The position numbers and the translations under genes were made by a program. Shown piece by piece: positions 13,666-26,182 of a DNA stretch of 64,000 nucleotides. The DNA comes from Parasitella parasitica NRRL 2501. Lineage: Eukaryota; Fungi; Mucoromycota. The notes under the pieces are model-generated. The model was not told the DNA's origin and ran no database searches. It saw only the letters and a program-made list of their open reading frames with translations. The first letter of the stretch is position 1. Every line of letters begins with the position of its first letter. The stretch covers positions 124,001-188,000 of the forward strand of contig MU619258.1 of the NCBI GenBank assembly GCA_025201805.1. Direction: 5' to 3'.

Positions 13666-13801
13666 CGACAAAGCGCCTTCATCCATTGAACTAAGGTTAA
13701 AAAAGAATTGACCTTCGTTCTAATGAAGGGTGCACTGGTCACGCCTGTAGCGGGATGCCTCACGAGACACAATCGTATTTAAATCGCTTTTTATTTTTAG
13801 A
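13666..13801 (-). mobile_element. 136-bp non-autonomous mini-Helitron
   Basis: On the minus strand it starts A|TCTAAAAATAAAAAG and ends with a hairpin (CCTTCAT..GAACGAAGGT/ACCTTAGTTC..ATGAAGG) then GTCG|T. The segment GTGAGGCATCCCGCTACAGGCGTGACCAGTGCACCCTTCATTAGAACGAAGGTC aligns with the 3' end of the Helitron at 27750-27803. Confidence 0.7.
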
Positions 13802-14522
13802 TACTCTTTATTTACTGAGTACTTTAATTTAATACTGATCAGAAGATGAATAGATTGGAACGCCAACATTTAATAGTCCCTCTAAGTTCTTCGCAAATAA
13901 CCTTAAATTCAAAAAGAACAAAAGTAACAGAATTTCTAGTAGTTTCATTTGGGTTCATATCAGAATTGCATATAATCGATGATAGGCTTTGATAAAGAGC
14001 AAAATCTTATTCGAAATTACGACGCTTCCATAGTAGAGATGACATGTCGTTAAATTTTCAACGTTCTCGATCGCAATTCTACTATTTATCAGCAAACGTT
14101 GTGAATAAATTGAAATCAAAACCGTTGTTGTATTCAACTGCCATGCTATGATACATTTTATCCCCACCTTTTATAATTTATTTGTGGTGAGTTATATTCC
14201 GTAAGATCTTATACTTTATTACTTCTAAGATGGGTTTATATTGCTTTGAAATCTGATTTGGGTTGATGATGATCAGAATATAACTAACACAAACTATAAC
14301 TTCATTTAAAATTTATTAAAAATATTCTTGCTCTATACTTTTCATGCGGCAAACAATTTAGAAAAGCTCAATAACCTAGCGGTATACGAAAAAAAGGTCA
14401 CGTGATTAAATATTTTAACCTCCGATAGTGAAAACGCGAAAGTATTTTTTTGCAGATAACTTTTGATAGAGACATTGGCCAATGGAAAGCAAGGTATGCT
14501 CAGATAGCGATGATCATGCCTG
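13802..14522 (-). repeat. Dispersed non-coding repeat (probable non-autonomous DNA transposon), copy A
   Basis: The reverse complement aligns with 53964-~54620. The terminal 29 nt ACAGGCATGATCATCGCTATCTGAGCATA are identical and the interior is patchily similar. It abuts the assembly gap at 14524-14773. Confidence 0.75.
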
Positions 14523-15986
14523 TNNNNNNNNNNNNNNNNNNNNNNNNNNNNNNNNNNNNNNNNNNNNNNNNNNNNNNNNNNNNNNNNNNNNNNNNNNNNN
14601 NNNNNNNNNNNNNNNNNNNNNNNNNNNNNNNNNNNNNNNNNNNNNNNNNNNNNNNNNNNNNNNNNNNNNNNNNNNNNNNNNNNNNNNNNNNNNNNNNNNN
14701 NNNNNNNNNNNNNNNNNNNNNNNNNNNNNNNNNNNNNNNNNNNNNNNNNNNNNNNNNNNNNNNNNNNNNNNNNGCCAGATAGCGCCAAAACAATGCTAAG
14801 TTTTCCAAGTTATATCTCGGTTCTAAGGTCATTTTAGCACAAGTTATGAGCAAATATGTGATATTTATCAACCTGGCCAGATGAACTGGAGCTTTATACA
14901 CCTGTCGATTTTGATAATAAAAACCTAAAACTTTATCAAGTTGATATTCTGTGTTTTTCTATATTTTTGTCCGTGAATCTACGTACATCTTATACCAATT
15001 TTACACATACAACCTTCTTGGAGTAAAATAATATATCGTGATGCTAAAATGCATTTGGACTTGACATTCACTAATTTGTAGGTACAATCATCTGGGGAAA
15101 AAAAGGTGTCCCTTCTTACTAGGTTATCTCCTGCATCGAACTGTCTTTTAGCCAAAGTTTCTTACAATCTCTTTTCCTACCACTCAAACCCCTGTGAACT
15201 TCTTGTTGTGACAATTGATAATTTATCGCTCAAAATAGTGCTAACCACTCTGAATATTCTAGCAACAAAGTGAATACTTAGAGGCTTCAAAAATACAGCA
15301 TTTGCCTGCTGCAAAAAGCTTTTAGTCTACACCATTTAGATAACTCTTATATATTTAAAAATAAAACCAGTGATGCTAAATAGGTCCGTCAAGAATCATT
15401 TTATAACGTTGCATAATTTTTGAATCTTCTTCAGGAACATCTTCATAATTTCTATATCTTTCTTGCTTAAACTTTTTTAATTTTAAACATCACGAGTACA
15501 AAATTTCAAACAATTTCTGCGAGGCTCAAAGTGTACATATAACATCTACTTGAAATAAAACTCGTTAATGTCATTTTGAATCATTTGCTCTCCAAATGGT
15601 CATTCAATAAGAGTCTTAAAACAAAATCAAGTAAAAAAAAAGTGTTATAACAGGCTTCAGCTCTCGTCAGAATAAAAAATGGAGCCATGTGGATAAATTG
15701 ACATAATGTATCATACATATAGAACCTTTAAAAAAGTTATATCTTGAAAGTATCTTAATAGTAAATAAAATGATTGGCTTAACCTGTTCCTATCATCATT
15801 ATAATTGTCTCATATTTTTCATGCATCTTCATTATGTAAAATGATACCCTTGAAAATCGATAGACATTCATTGATACAGTTCTGGAACTGGCATTTTTCA
15901 ATACATGAGGAACCCTTGGCATGTTTTGAAGAAAAATATTTTCAAAGGTGCGTATTCTAGTTTCTTCTTTCTTCCACTGATTAAAC

Positions 15987-17308
15987 ATGAAAGGAATACT
16001 AGCTTCAATCTGTGCACTGGCACTTCTCGGTGTTTCTAATGCAACTTTCCCTAATGACCTCTTCTTCCACCATCATCCCGATTTAGTATTAAATAAGAAC
16101 CAAATTGTTAATAAGAACAGGTTGCCTCAAGGTAAAAGAAACAAATTATAAATGCGTTCGTTTTTATAACCTTATTTGTAGATAATCGAAGAGAAGGACA
16201 ACGCCACCAGTCCTATCCGCCTCCATCTCGTAATCTATATGATAGTAACATGGGAAGAAATTCTTATCGTAATGGTGGTAATGGCGGCGCTAGACCTCCT
16301 CACAGAGCTGGTTATAGCAATCGTGGAAACCGTGGCCGATATGAACGTCGCTCAGTTGATCCCGTCCAAAAATTATCTTATAACAAAGATGGTAGTATCA
16401 ATTGGAAAAACAAAATGGCTGCTGCATCCGATCAGCAGCAAAACCAGAATCAACAGAATGATGGGCCATACTACGAGCAGCCCCAACAGCAGAATGACCA
16501 ACCTCAAGATCAAAATAATGGTGGATATGACAACAGTTACCAGTACTCAGACTATGACAGGAATAGAAACAATGGTAACAACGGTCATTATAGTGGCCCT
16601 AGTAACCAACAGTACAACAATTACTATGGCCAACCCAACCCGTACTCTGGAGGCAATCAAGGGAATGGTTACTATCAAGAAGATCAGCAGCAATCTTCTA
16701 ATCAATATTATGGCAATCAAGGCGACAGCTATTATGGGGACAATCAAGATGATTATTATGGTGACTATAGTTATGGCAACAACAACGCTGAAAACTACAA
16801 CTCTAACGATAAGAATGGCTATGGTAATAATGGCAACGACTATGACGATGGAAACTATAATAGCGACCAAAGCCAAAATAGCAACAACAACAACAACAAC
16901 AACAACAACAAGCAAGCTGACAAAGCAACTAGCCAAAAGAATAATGTAACTGCAGGATTCGCAGGAGGCATTCGTCTTGCTGGAGCCCTTCCAGATGATG
17001 GCTATAAGCGAGGTGAAGGCACTTTTTACGATTTGGAGACTCGTGTAGGTTCCTGTGGAAAGCAAAATAAGAACTCTGAGTTTGTAGCTGCAGTGAACGC
17101 TGAGCAAATGGGACAAGATGGTCGCAATAATCCCAACTGTGGTAAAGATATTGAGGTTGTTGGCCCGAGCGGAAAGACTATTCAAGTTTCCGTTGTTGAT
17201 AACTGTAAAACTTGTAAATCTGGAGGTCTTGATCTTAGTCCTGCCGCATTTGAAGAAATTGGTGATTTTAGCCATGGCTCAGTTCCCATCAAATGGAAGT
17301 TTGTTTAA
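15987..17308 (+). CDS. Secreted expansin-like/RlpA-like double-psi beta-barrel (loosenin-type) protein with a long N/Q/Y/G-rich linker (intron 16132-16181)
   Basis: Signal peptide MKGILASICALALLGVSNA splices in frame to ORF 16250-17308. C-terminal GEGTFYD..GSCG..VAAVN..NCGK.I.V..VVDNCKTC..LDLSPAAF..I.W.F is a DPBB domain. Confidence 0.88.
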
Positions 17309-17364
17309 ATAGCCGCATTTAGTCTTTTTCTTTTACTCTTTTCTTTCACGTATACAGCAAATAA

Positions 17365-19235
17365 ATGAAGTGTTTTTTGTCTTTTGTTGGATTGCTGGCC
17401 CTCTGCCATCTAGCAACTGCCTTTTATACGCCAGGTTCAATTGTAAAACGGTAGTAAAACGGGGATGCCAAACCTTTTTGTGTATATGTCATGCTAATCG
17501 TTTGACTTACAGAAAAATCCTGTCCAAGCAAGCTGGTATCTCCCAGCAGTCGATTGACAAAGCCAAGCTACCTGAGAAATATGGCCCCTTTTACTTTGAT
17601 CAGCGTATCGATCACTTTTCATTGAATCATACTACATTTAAACATAGATATTGGGCAAATACAGACGCTTACCAGCCAGGTGGTCCTGTTATATGTAAGT
17701 GTCCCTCGCATAAAATGTCGCATCCTGATAATATAAACTCGGAACTATTCTAGTATATAATGCGGGTGAAACGCCTGCTGATGGACGCTCGTTTTATGTC
17801 GTCAATTCTACGATGGCTGAACTTGCAAAAAGACTGAATGGTATCATCATTGTGATGGAGCACAGATTCTATGGTAAATCCCTGCCTGCCCCCGTAAGCC
17901 TTTCTTTTTTTTTCATTTTTTTTTTTTTTCAGTTTTTTATTGAAGAAAATACAGCATATACTCATATATGTATAAACTAGACTTTTTCTGCTGAATCATT
18001 AGCAACTCTAAATACAAAACAAGCTTTGGAGGATATCGCGTCATTTATTAAAGACTTGAAGCTTCCAAATCTCGATACAGAATTACCGCCAGCACCTGAA
18101 ACAAAATATATTGTGTACGGCGGCAGCTACAGCGGTAATTTGGCTGCATGGATGCGCCAAAAGTACCCTCATTTGGTGTTTGCTGCAGTACCTTCTTCTG
18201 CACCAGTACAAATGAGCTACAACTACTACCAATACTATGACCCTATTCGTAAATATGGCCCCAAGCATTGCATACAAGCACTGCGGTCTGTTATCCTGTA
18301 TGTGGACCATATATTGTTCAGCCCCATGGGCCAGAAAACCGCTTTGAAAAAAAAGTTTGGTGCCGAAGATTTGGAACATGACGATGATTTTGCAGAATGT
18401 AAGGTTATTTTACATGGAATCGGGGAGTAGACTTCTAATTATTGCAGTATTATCGTATCCGTTGGGACTATGGCAAGAAATGACTCCTGCCGAGAACCCA
18501 TTTGTCGATAATTTCTGTTCCATCTTTGACGGTACGACTTCAATCCACGAGCATGTTGAGGCCTATGGCAATTATACAAAAAAAATCATTGAAAAGGCCT
18601 GCGGCAAAAATGAAACTGTCAACCAATGCTTGGATACACATGACCCACGCTCTAAGGCGTATGCAGATGACACTGATGAGTCTCGGGCTTGGCTGTGGCA
18701 GGTTTGTACAGAGTATGCTTACTGGCAGACGGGAGCGCCTATTTGGAGGCCTTCTATTGTGTCTCGCAAACTAGACGTAGCTTGGTTTCAACGCCAATGT
18801 CCCCTGATGTTTGGTGAGCACAATGTGCCTAAAAAGCCTATTTGGCGAGAAATCAATAGAGAATATGAAGGTTGGCATACAAGCTTGAATCGCGTCTTCT
18901 GGATTGATGGAGAATGGGATCCCTGGAGAACCCTCAGCGTACAGAGCGACAATGCTCCTGACCGATACGGCTGGAATGAAGATGCTAAATACGCTGTACT
19001 TCCTGAGTCTGTTCATCATTGGGTAAGTTCTTCTTTATGGCCATCAGCCATTTTTAAGTAATATTCGCATGGATAGGATTTCTTTGTAAGTGGTGCCGTA
19101 TCCGATGCGATCAAGAACACCCAAAATGACGTTTATGACACTATTAAAGGTTGGATCGACCAAGCTGATGCGCACAAAGGGCAGCAAGGATCCAATAGAA
19201 ATAAGCATATTTTTCAATATCAATCATCCCACTAA
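17365..19235 (+). CDS. Secreted serine carboxypeptidase, family S28
   Basis: Signal peptide MKCFLSFVGLLALCHLATA; FDQRIDHF, YNAGE, MEHRFYGKS, nucleophile GGSYSG, WLWQVCTEYAYWQ, DGEWDPW and HHW(D). Multiple introns. Confidence 0.92.
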
Positions 19236-19334
19236 ATAACATACAGTTTTGAAACCTTTTTTTATTTTCGTCTTGACATAAAAAGCGGAGCAAAAATGTG
19301 CGTAGTGAACCAGAGAATGTGAGATCTCTCCTCT

Positions 19335-20164
19335 TTATTTAAGAGGAACAAACTTTGAAGAACTGGTGGCACCAATACCGGGACGACCGTGCTTAACTGG
19401 CTTGTAAGAGATGGAGAATTCGGCAAGATAGTGACCAGTCATCTCGGGCTTGATTTCAACTTGAGTGAAAGTCTTACCATTGTAGACACCAACAATAGAA
19501 CCAATCATCTCAGGGACAATGATCATGTTACGGAGATGAGTCTTAACAACCTCAGGCTTTTCACCAGTAGGAGCGTTCTTCTTGGCAGCACGAAGCTTCT
19601 TGATGAGGCCCATGGGCTTACGCTTAAGACCACGTTGGAATCTTCTACGAGCACGGCAATGAACGAGCTCCATGAACTACATGTTTGTCTTGTTTAATCA
19701 TCTCCGTTCCATCTAGTACAGCTTTTTATCTTTTACCTGTTCAGAAGACAAGTCCAAGAGTTGATCGAGGTCAATGCCACGGTAGGTAAACTTACGGAAA
19801 GTTCTCTTTCTAGGAGTAGTTTGCTCGTCAGCCTGATAAAAAAAAAATGCAAATGTATATAAGTAAAGACTCTTTTTAAATACTGGGCTTGATACTAGAT
19901 TTGTAAAGAAAGAAAGTGAATTGCTATTTTTTCTCCAGAGTATAAGCTTATAAGTCTAGTTTTTTCTTTTTCCACAAATTTAAAGATTGGTGCTGCTCGG
20001 AATCATCCATTACTCCCAAACTACAGAAAACCCCACATCCATCGGTCATCGGTATAGGTCTATTGCTTTTTTTTAAATCCATACATTCATCCAATCTTGT
20101 CCATCGTCATCACTTTCTTTCTCATAACGCATTCGTATCATCCCCATCAAATATCACATACCAT
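19335..20164 (-). CDS. RPS15: 40S ribosomal protein S15 (uS19); exon 1 is ATG only, followed by a ~330-nt intron
   Basis: [54 protein letters not shown]...[17 protein letters not shown]...[18 protein letters not shown]. Confidence 0.97.
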
Positions 20165-20819
20165 CTTAAAGCACAAAAGGAAGGATTACTATGCTCTCAG
20201 TTTTCTTGGGTGTCAATGGTTGCGAAGCACACTGTCCGGTTATTGCAAAAATTGACCATCGCCTGTTTAATCAACTCTGTCCGGGCGGGATTGATTAAAG
20301 GATGGTTCACCTGTGGCGCTATGCACACTGATTACAGAAATAAAATCCCTTCACGTTTGGTCATAAAGACAACGGGCCAGTAAATGTTTAATGTGATGAA
20401 CTTCGATTCTTTAAAGACGCTTGTGAGGTAAAATGACTGGAAATTCCAATTGGGATCATCATCCAAACATGCAATTTCCGTCAAACAATGATACAATAGC
20501 AAGCTGTCTATCATTTTTCCATTCTGTAATAGACAATCTTGCAATGCGTAAAGGAAAGAAGGCAGATACTTGGTTTNNNNNNNNNNNNNNNNNNNNNNNN
20601 NNNNNNNNNNNNNNNNNNNNNNNNNNNNNNNNNNNNNNNNNNNNNNAATAAAAACTAATAGTGCGTGTGTTTTCAAATCGCATTCATAGTGTAATTGAAC
20701 CAGGTAAATTACTGGGATTGAAGAAGAGCAAATCAAGTGGAAACTAAAAGAAATTTTCGTATTTCACGTCTCAGTTTTCTCTTATTAACATTTCTAAATC
20801 TACAAACTACAAACTGCAA

Positions 20820-21354
20820 ATGAAAGACTTGGATCCTCTTGCTGTAGGTGTATTTCTTATGACTAGCAGCACATCAATTAAACATAATACACGCTTAAAT
20901 CATTTAGTTTACTGTTGAGCTTGGTCAATTTTACGAGAAGTCAAAGACAGCAGGCACTGTTTCTGTCACCATCAAAAGAAGTAGTGTTTTAATATTCCTT
21001 TGGTAGTTTACTTTACTAATAGTCTCTGTAGTGACCGCCGCAAAACTTATCAAGGCTTCCAAAATAAAGAAAGAAATGCCCAAAGGCGGTAGTGCAGTAG
21101 TCGCGAATACCGAAAATGACACTGTTGAATACCCTTGTCTCGTTCGTGCAGTTTACAAAAAAAACAAGATCAGTACAATTGTAGGGAGATGACGAGAGTA
21201 GCTGGATACAGTGTCAACTAATTACAATCTTTCATAGATCGCTCCTGATGACTTTGACAAATTTCAAAACGCCTATAGCACAATCATTAGAGCCTACATG
21301 GACAGTTTAAAGAAGAAAGATCGTTCCAAAAAATTGAAGAAAGTAGCAAAATGA
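20820..21354 (+). CDS. SRP14: Signal recognition particle subunit SRP14 (4 exons; not in ORF track)
   Basis: Splices to MKDLDPLAFTVELGQFYEKSKTAGTVSVTIKR...EYPCLVRAVYKKNKISTIIAPDDFDKFQNAYSTIIRAYMDSLKKKDRSKK. Confidence 0.9.
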
Positions 21355-21604
21355 TGAATAAAATAGAGAGAGAAAAAGAGATTATATACACCTGTCTATC
21401 GACAATATTACGTAATGACATGCTGCAGTGATATTTACGATTTCAAATGTTAAATGGAGGATATTCAGCAGCGCAAGTGCAGGCTTTTTACTTGCAGACA
21501 AGGGATGAAGAGTTAGACGCGGGTAAACTAAAAATGACAATAGAAGGTAGAGAGTTTTGTGGTGGTTTTTATTATTCGACTGTGCAACATAGACCAACTG
21601 CTAA

Positions 21605-22599
21605 CTAATGGGGATTGACGATAGCCTCCACATCAGTATTGAAATAAAGAGAAACCAAAGACCCAATCACTGATTTCTTGACATTGTCAGCATTAGCAGG
21701 TTTGATAGAGCTATCCTCCGCTACTTTATGCATGGCTTTACCCACTGTGTCGACAGAATTGACTTGCTTCAAGCCAAATAAATTGCTAATGGGCTTGTAA
21801 AGGGTCACTAAAAGAGGCTCCATCAATCTTGGACGAGTACGAGGCTCCACGACTTCCAAAACTCCCGGACGGAAAATGGAAACTTTTTCAAATCCTGTTT
21901 CCGCTAATTTTTGTTCAGTTTGACCTTTGGTCTTGGTATACAAGAACAAGGAATCCTTATTTGCGCCCTTGTTTATATTTAATGATATGCACTTGCGTTT
22001 TTCGAATCCTCTACACAACGTGTACTTACCATTGATGAGCAATAAAGGAAGTGTACTGGGGCTAATTCCGAATTGGGTGGTTTATTTTCTTCTTGAATCA
22101 GTCTAGCAGAATTCAATACATATGTCTGATCAATCTTAACAAATTTCTGCGCACTCCCAGCATCAGCGCGAGTCGAGGCAAGACAACAGAATACATCACT
22201 AGTTTATTGTTCGAATTAGATGACTAGAATGCACCTTTATGACGAATCTCACTTACTTTACATTCTTGAAATCATCACGGTGAGCTTCAAGATTGTCAAA
22301 ATCGACAGTTTTTTGCACCTAAATCATGCAAAAAAAGTTAAAGGCTTGACACATGCCCAAGCTCCATTAAATGTTTACCAGTTTATCTTGAGGTATGCTC
22401 TCATCAAGTTCGACGGGACGTCTACCGACTGCAACAACTTTTGCGTATGTGCCATTTTTCAAGACATCTTTCAAAACTTGTTTACCGACAGCACCTACTC
22501 CAAGTCAATGCCTTGGTATATACCCTTCTAAAATCAATCAAACAACTTACCAGTAGCACCAAATATTAAAGCAGTACGGCTCATGTTGCTTTCTGACAT
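21605..22599 (-). CDS. NAD(P)-binding oxidoreductase, TIP30/HTATIP2/Fmp52-like
   Basis: MSESNMSRTALIFGATG/AVGKQVL..VVAVGRR, DVFCCLASTRADAGSAQKFVKID, GANKDSLFLYTKTKGQTE and SIFRPG. Confidence 0.88.
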
Positions 22600-25270
22600 T
22601 ATGTTTTCGAGAAAAATAAAAAGAAAAAGAATATTTTATAACAACTGTGAATAATAACTGACAAGTGATACAGGCCAATTAGATCATAGCAAGAGCTGCA
22701 GCATTACGTTTCCTTCTTGATCGAAGATAAATCTTACGTGTTCAAATTTCTATATATGGCATGCTTGGTTAGTTATCATTACTCTGTATAATGGTTGTGG
22801 CTTTGATGATTATGTAGTGGGAGACAACGACCGAAATACTGTTTAATTCATTGAATACCATGCAGAATAGAACTCAACATTTTCAGATTTTCAACAATGG
22901 GTGAGAGAGAATGTGTCGATGATGTATTTAACTTTTTTTTTAAAAAAGTGTTCAAGTACCAATATATGCGTGTAATGCCACGACATGATGGTTATTGTAA
23001 TTGGCGTATCATATATTCACATCATCACTGGCCATTGATAGCATTACGCATATAATAACTGAATAAGGGTGGCTATTTTGTTCAAGAGCCAAGGTTTTAC
23101 TAAAATTAGAGGGTAGACTAGAAGCAGGGTTTTTAAAAGATTTGATCTCGGAAATGCGAGCATCATAAAGTCAGATATAATTTTGAGGTAGGTCAAGTAA
23201 TCAAGCTTGAACTTGAAGAGACTATCAACATTATAAATTACGGGTTCACTTAACTAATTGTGATGATTGAAAGCTCTGAAAAAACATACTATCATATTAA
23301 ATCCGTTAACCCTCCCTTGATTTTGATCTTCTATTCTGCATATATTATAGTCTCTTAACGAGAAATTTTGTATCCTGGTAACTGCTAAAATGAATTTGAT
23401 CTCTGAACTTGTATTTTTGATAGATTTGAATAATGGAAACAGTAATATGGATTTGAATGATATTTTTCATTGAATATTTCANNNNNNNNNNAAAAAAAAA
23501 AAAAAAAAAAAAAAAAAAGTAGTATTAACGCAACAAACGTTATGAGTATTAGTGTAATTGTATGATATTTAAGCACTTATCAAATGCTGTACATTGCAAT
23601 CAAAAATTCTATAAAAATCTCTAGTTATGCACGATTGAAGAAAAAAACGTTTTTTTACATAAAGTCTATGTTATGCCTAAATTAACTGTTGAAATTAAAG
23701 TGAACCGGCATAATTTCGACTAATATTTGCTATTGTTGAGGTTTGTGTTGTCCTATCCTGATATGAAAAACTGTTGAAAATCAATACGTCAGATAGTAAA
23801 TATTAGTACTGAAGCCCCATTTAGAATGGTTCTAAGCATTAGGTTTCGTCAGAACGAGCATTAAAGATATGAAAAACAAATAAATTGGAGAAAGGAAAAA
23901 AAGGCTTGTACTAGAATGCTATTATCTCGTACTCTACGGAGCATTCTACTGATTCATTACTGTCTACTTGAAAACACTCGTCAGTTATCATCAATTTGCA
24001 TATAATAATACTTTGTTCGTAGACAGATCGCTTTTTAGCGTGATTGCACCATGCACCAAAATTTAATTTATTGTCTGTGCAATCTCATTCCAGACCACAT
24101 TACAGGAAAACAAGATATGTGTGAAAAAAGAGCCATCCTTTATAATTTTTGGAAATCACGTACTCTTTAAAATTACAGGCGAAACTCGACACTGAAATAT
24201 ACACGAATAATTGCTGATGCCATGCGTCTTAGAACTACAGACATGGTATATTATTTACTGTATCCTTTTACCTACTCAAAAAAAATTCATTATCAATTGC
24301 CTGTTCGAAAACTATAGAGGCATAGGTACAACCACATGAAAACTAGTGAAATTCGGAAAAATGACCATCTGATTATAGAATCTGATTTACTATTATTAGA
24401 ACTTTTCCTACAAGAAGAGAGCAAATCGTACTTGAGATGTGTACAAATTTCGTCCAGCTATTGCATGGACAATTTACAAAAATGTGCCTTGCATTATTCG
24501 GATACATTTTCAATCGCGTCGGCTAAAAATCACTAGCATTGATATGTCTTACATAGGCATACGGATTGCATCATAGTCAAACAAACTGATCACAAAAGAA
24601 TAAGACATTATTCATCTGGTTACATACTATGAAAATTGATGTAGAGGCTAACTGCTTCATTATAGCGCATAGACTATGATTGGAATGATTCACGTCCATT
24701 ATTGTTTGGATTAGCTTTTAAAAAATACAGGTCTCGAATATACATATACATATACATATATGGATTTTTGTTGGTTTACAATATAAACTATACAGCAACG
24801 AGGTTTTTGATCCATCAACTTGTTTATCTCATGAGTTCTGAAATGATATTATATTGTATAAACTTTGTCAAAGTATTAGAAAGTAGTTTAAATTTCTGGA
24901 TAGCTGCATATGTTTTGTTTCCGTAAACATTCATTGCAACGCAGGCCTTTGTTTAAATATGTTAATTTCCATCTGAATCAATTTTAATTCAACAAAATCA
25001 CTGCTTAGTTACAGGCCAATCATCATTTTAAGCCTTGCGTTGTCACTTGAAGCACTATTTTGTTTATAAGGTATGCAAGGAACACTAGCTTTCACAAAGA
25101 ATGCACGGAAATTTGAAAATTTTAATCTGCCATCTACACAATAATGTATAGTAAATGGATCAAACGATTCAATAAGCATATATATATACCAGATAAAAAT
25201 ATGCGTTCCTAAACGTTTTACCCTTTTAATTTTTCAGTAGTCAACAGATCTTAAATCCATACAACAAAAA

Positions 25271-26034
25271 ATGAAGTTCCTTGCACTTACCGCTATTGCC
25301 GCTGCCGCTGTTGCCGTTTCTGCCACTCCTGCTGGCCACATGAAGTAATGATTCAATATAAAATAAAACATAGAAGTTCTTAATCATTGTTTCCACATGT
25401 AAAATAGTTTAGCCAAGCGTGCTGCGATTGCTACTCAAACACTGGTCCGAAATGGAAGTACATTTGTTCAAGTTATCGATGCAACTATTGCCGAGACTAT
25501 TGCTTTCACCACTGTCACCAAGACTGTAACTGCCACTGAAACTGATGCTACCTTTGTTTGTAAGTATCCTCATTTTCCGAAAAATCGCAAAACATTTATC
25601 ATTCCACCAATATAGTCTCCTACTCTGGTGACGATAGCTCTATCATCTCAAGACTCTCATCTGCCCTCTCTGACATTATCGTTGGTGATGATGAATCTTC
25701 CAGCGATGAGTCTTCCAGTGAAGAATCTTCCAGTGAGGAATCATCCAGCGAGGAATCGTCTAGCGAAGAGTCTTCCAGCGAGGAATCATCCAGCGAGGAA
25801 TCGTCTAGTGAAGAGTCATCTAGCGAAGAATCATCCAGCGAGGAGTCATCCAGCGAGGAATCGTCCAGCGAGGAATCATCCAGCGAGGAATCATCCAGCG
25901 AGGAGTCATCTAGCGAAGAGTCATCTAGCGAGGAGTCATCCAGCGAAGAAACTACCAGTGAAGAAACCACCAGCGAAGAAACCACCAGCGAAGAAACCAC
26001 CAGCGAAGAAACTACTACCCCCTTGATTCTCTAG
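25271..26034 (+). CDS. Secreted Ser/Glu-rich repeat protein, copy 1 (SSSDE + 16x SSSEE + 4x TTSEE), 3 exons
   Basis: Signal peptide MKFLALTAIAAAAVAVSA, a LAKR dibasic site, a Thr-rich segment and linker YSGDDSSIISRLSSALSDIIVG, then the 15-nt repeat array at 25696-26010. Confidence 0.85.
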
Positions 26035-26182
26035 GCCTCATATATAGAGCACTACATTTTAGAAATTACAGTACTTGATAAAATAAAAACATTATATAAA
26101 ATCAAACCTTTCAATTTTATTATTATACAGTTCAAATTTTTGATAATAATCAAAGCACATTTTTACGTATACGTGGAAACTA

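Noticed and set aside
14342-14901. ORFs running through N-gaps (also at ~20.6, 26.9 and 31.4 kb)
   Set aside because: Artefacts of translating assembly gaps.
16547-17275. 242-aa hydrophobic antisense ORF (and the 16239-16949 frame)
   Set aside because: Shadow of the AAC/AAT-rich linker of the expansin-like gene.
20100-20116. Box C-like GTGATGA in the RPS15 intron (minus strand)
   Set aside because: No downstream CTGA box D within the intron.
24260-24269. GTATCCTTTT, a perfect U12-type 5' splice-site consensus
   Set aside because: It lies in apparently intergenic DNA with no downstream TCCTTAAC branch site or supporting exons. All introns I traced in the window look U2-type.
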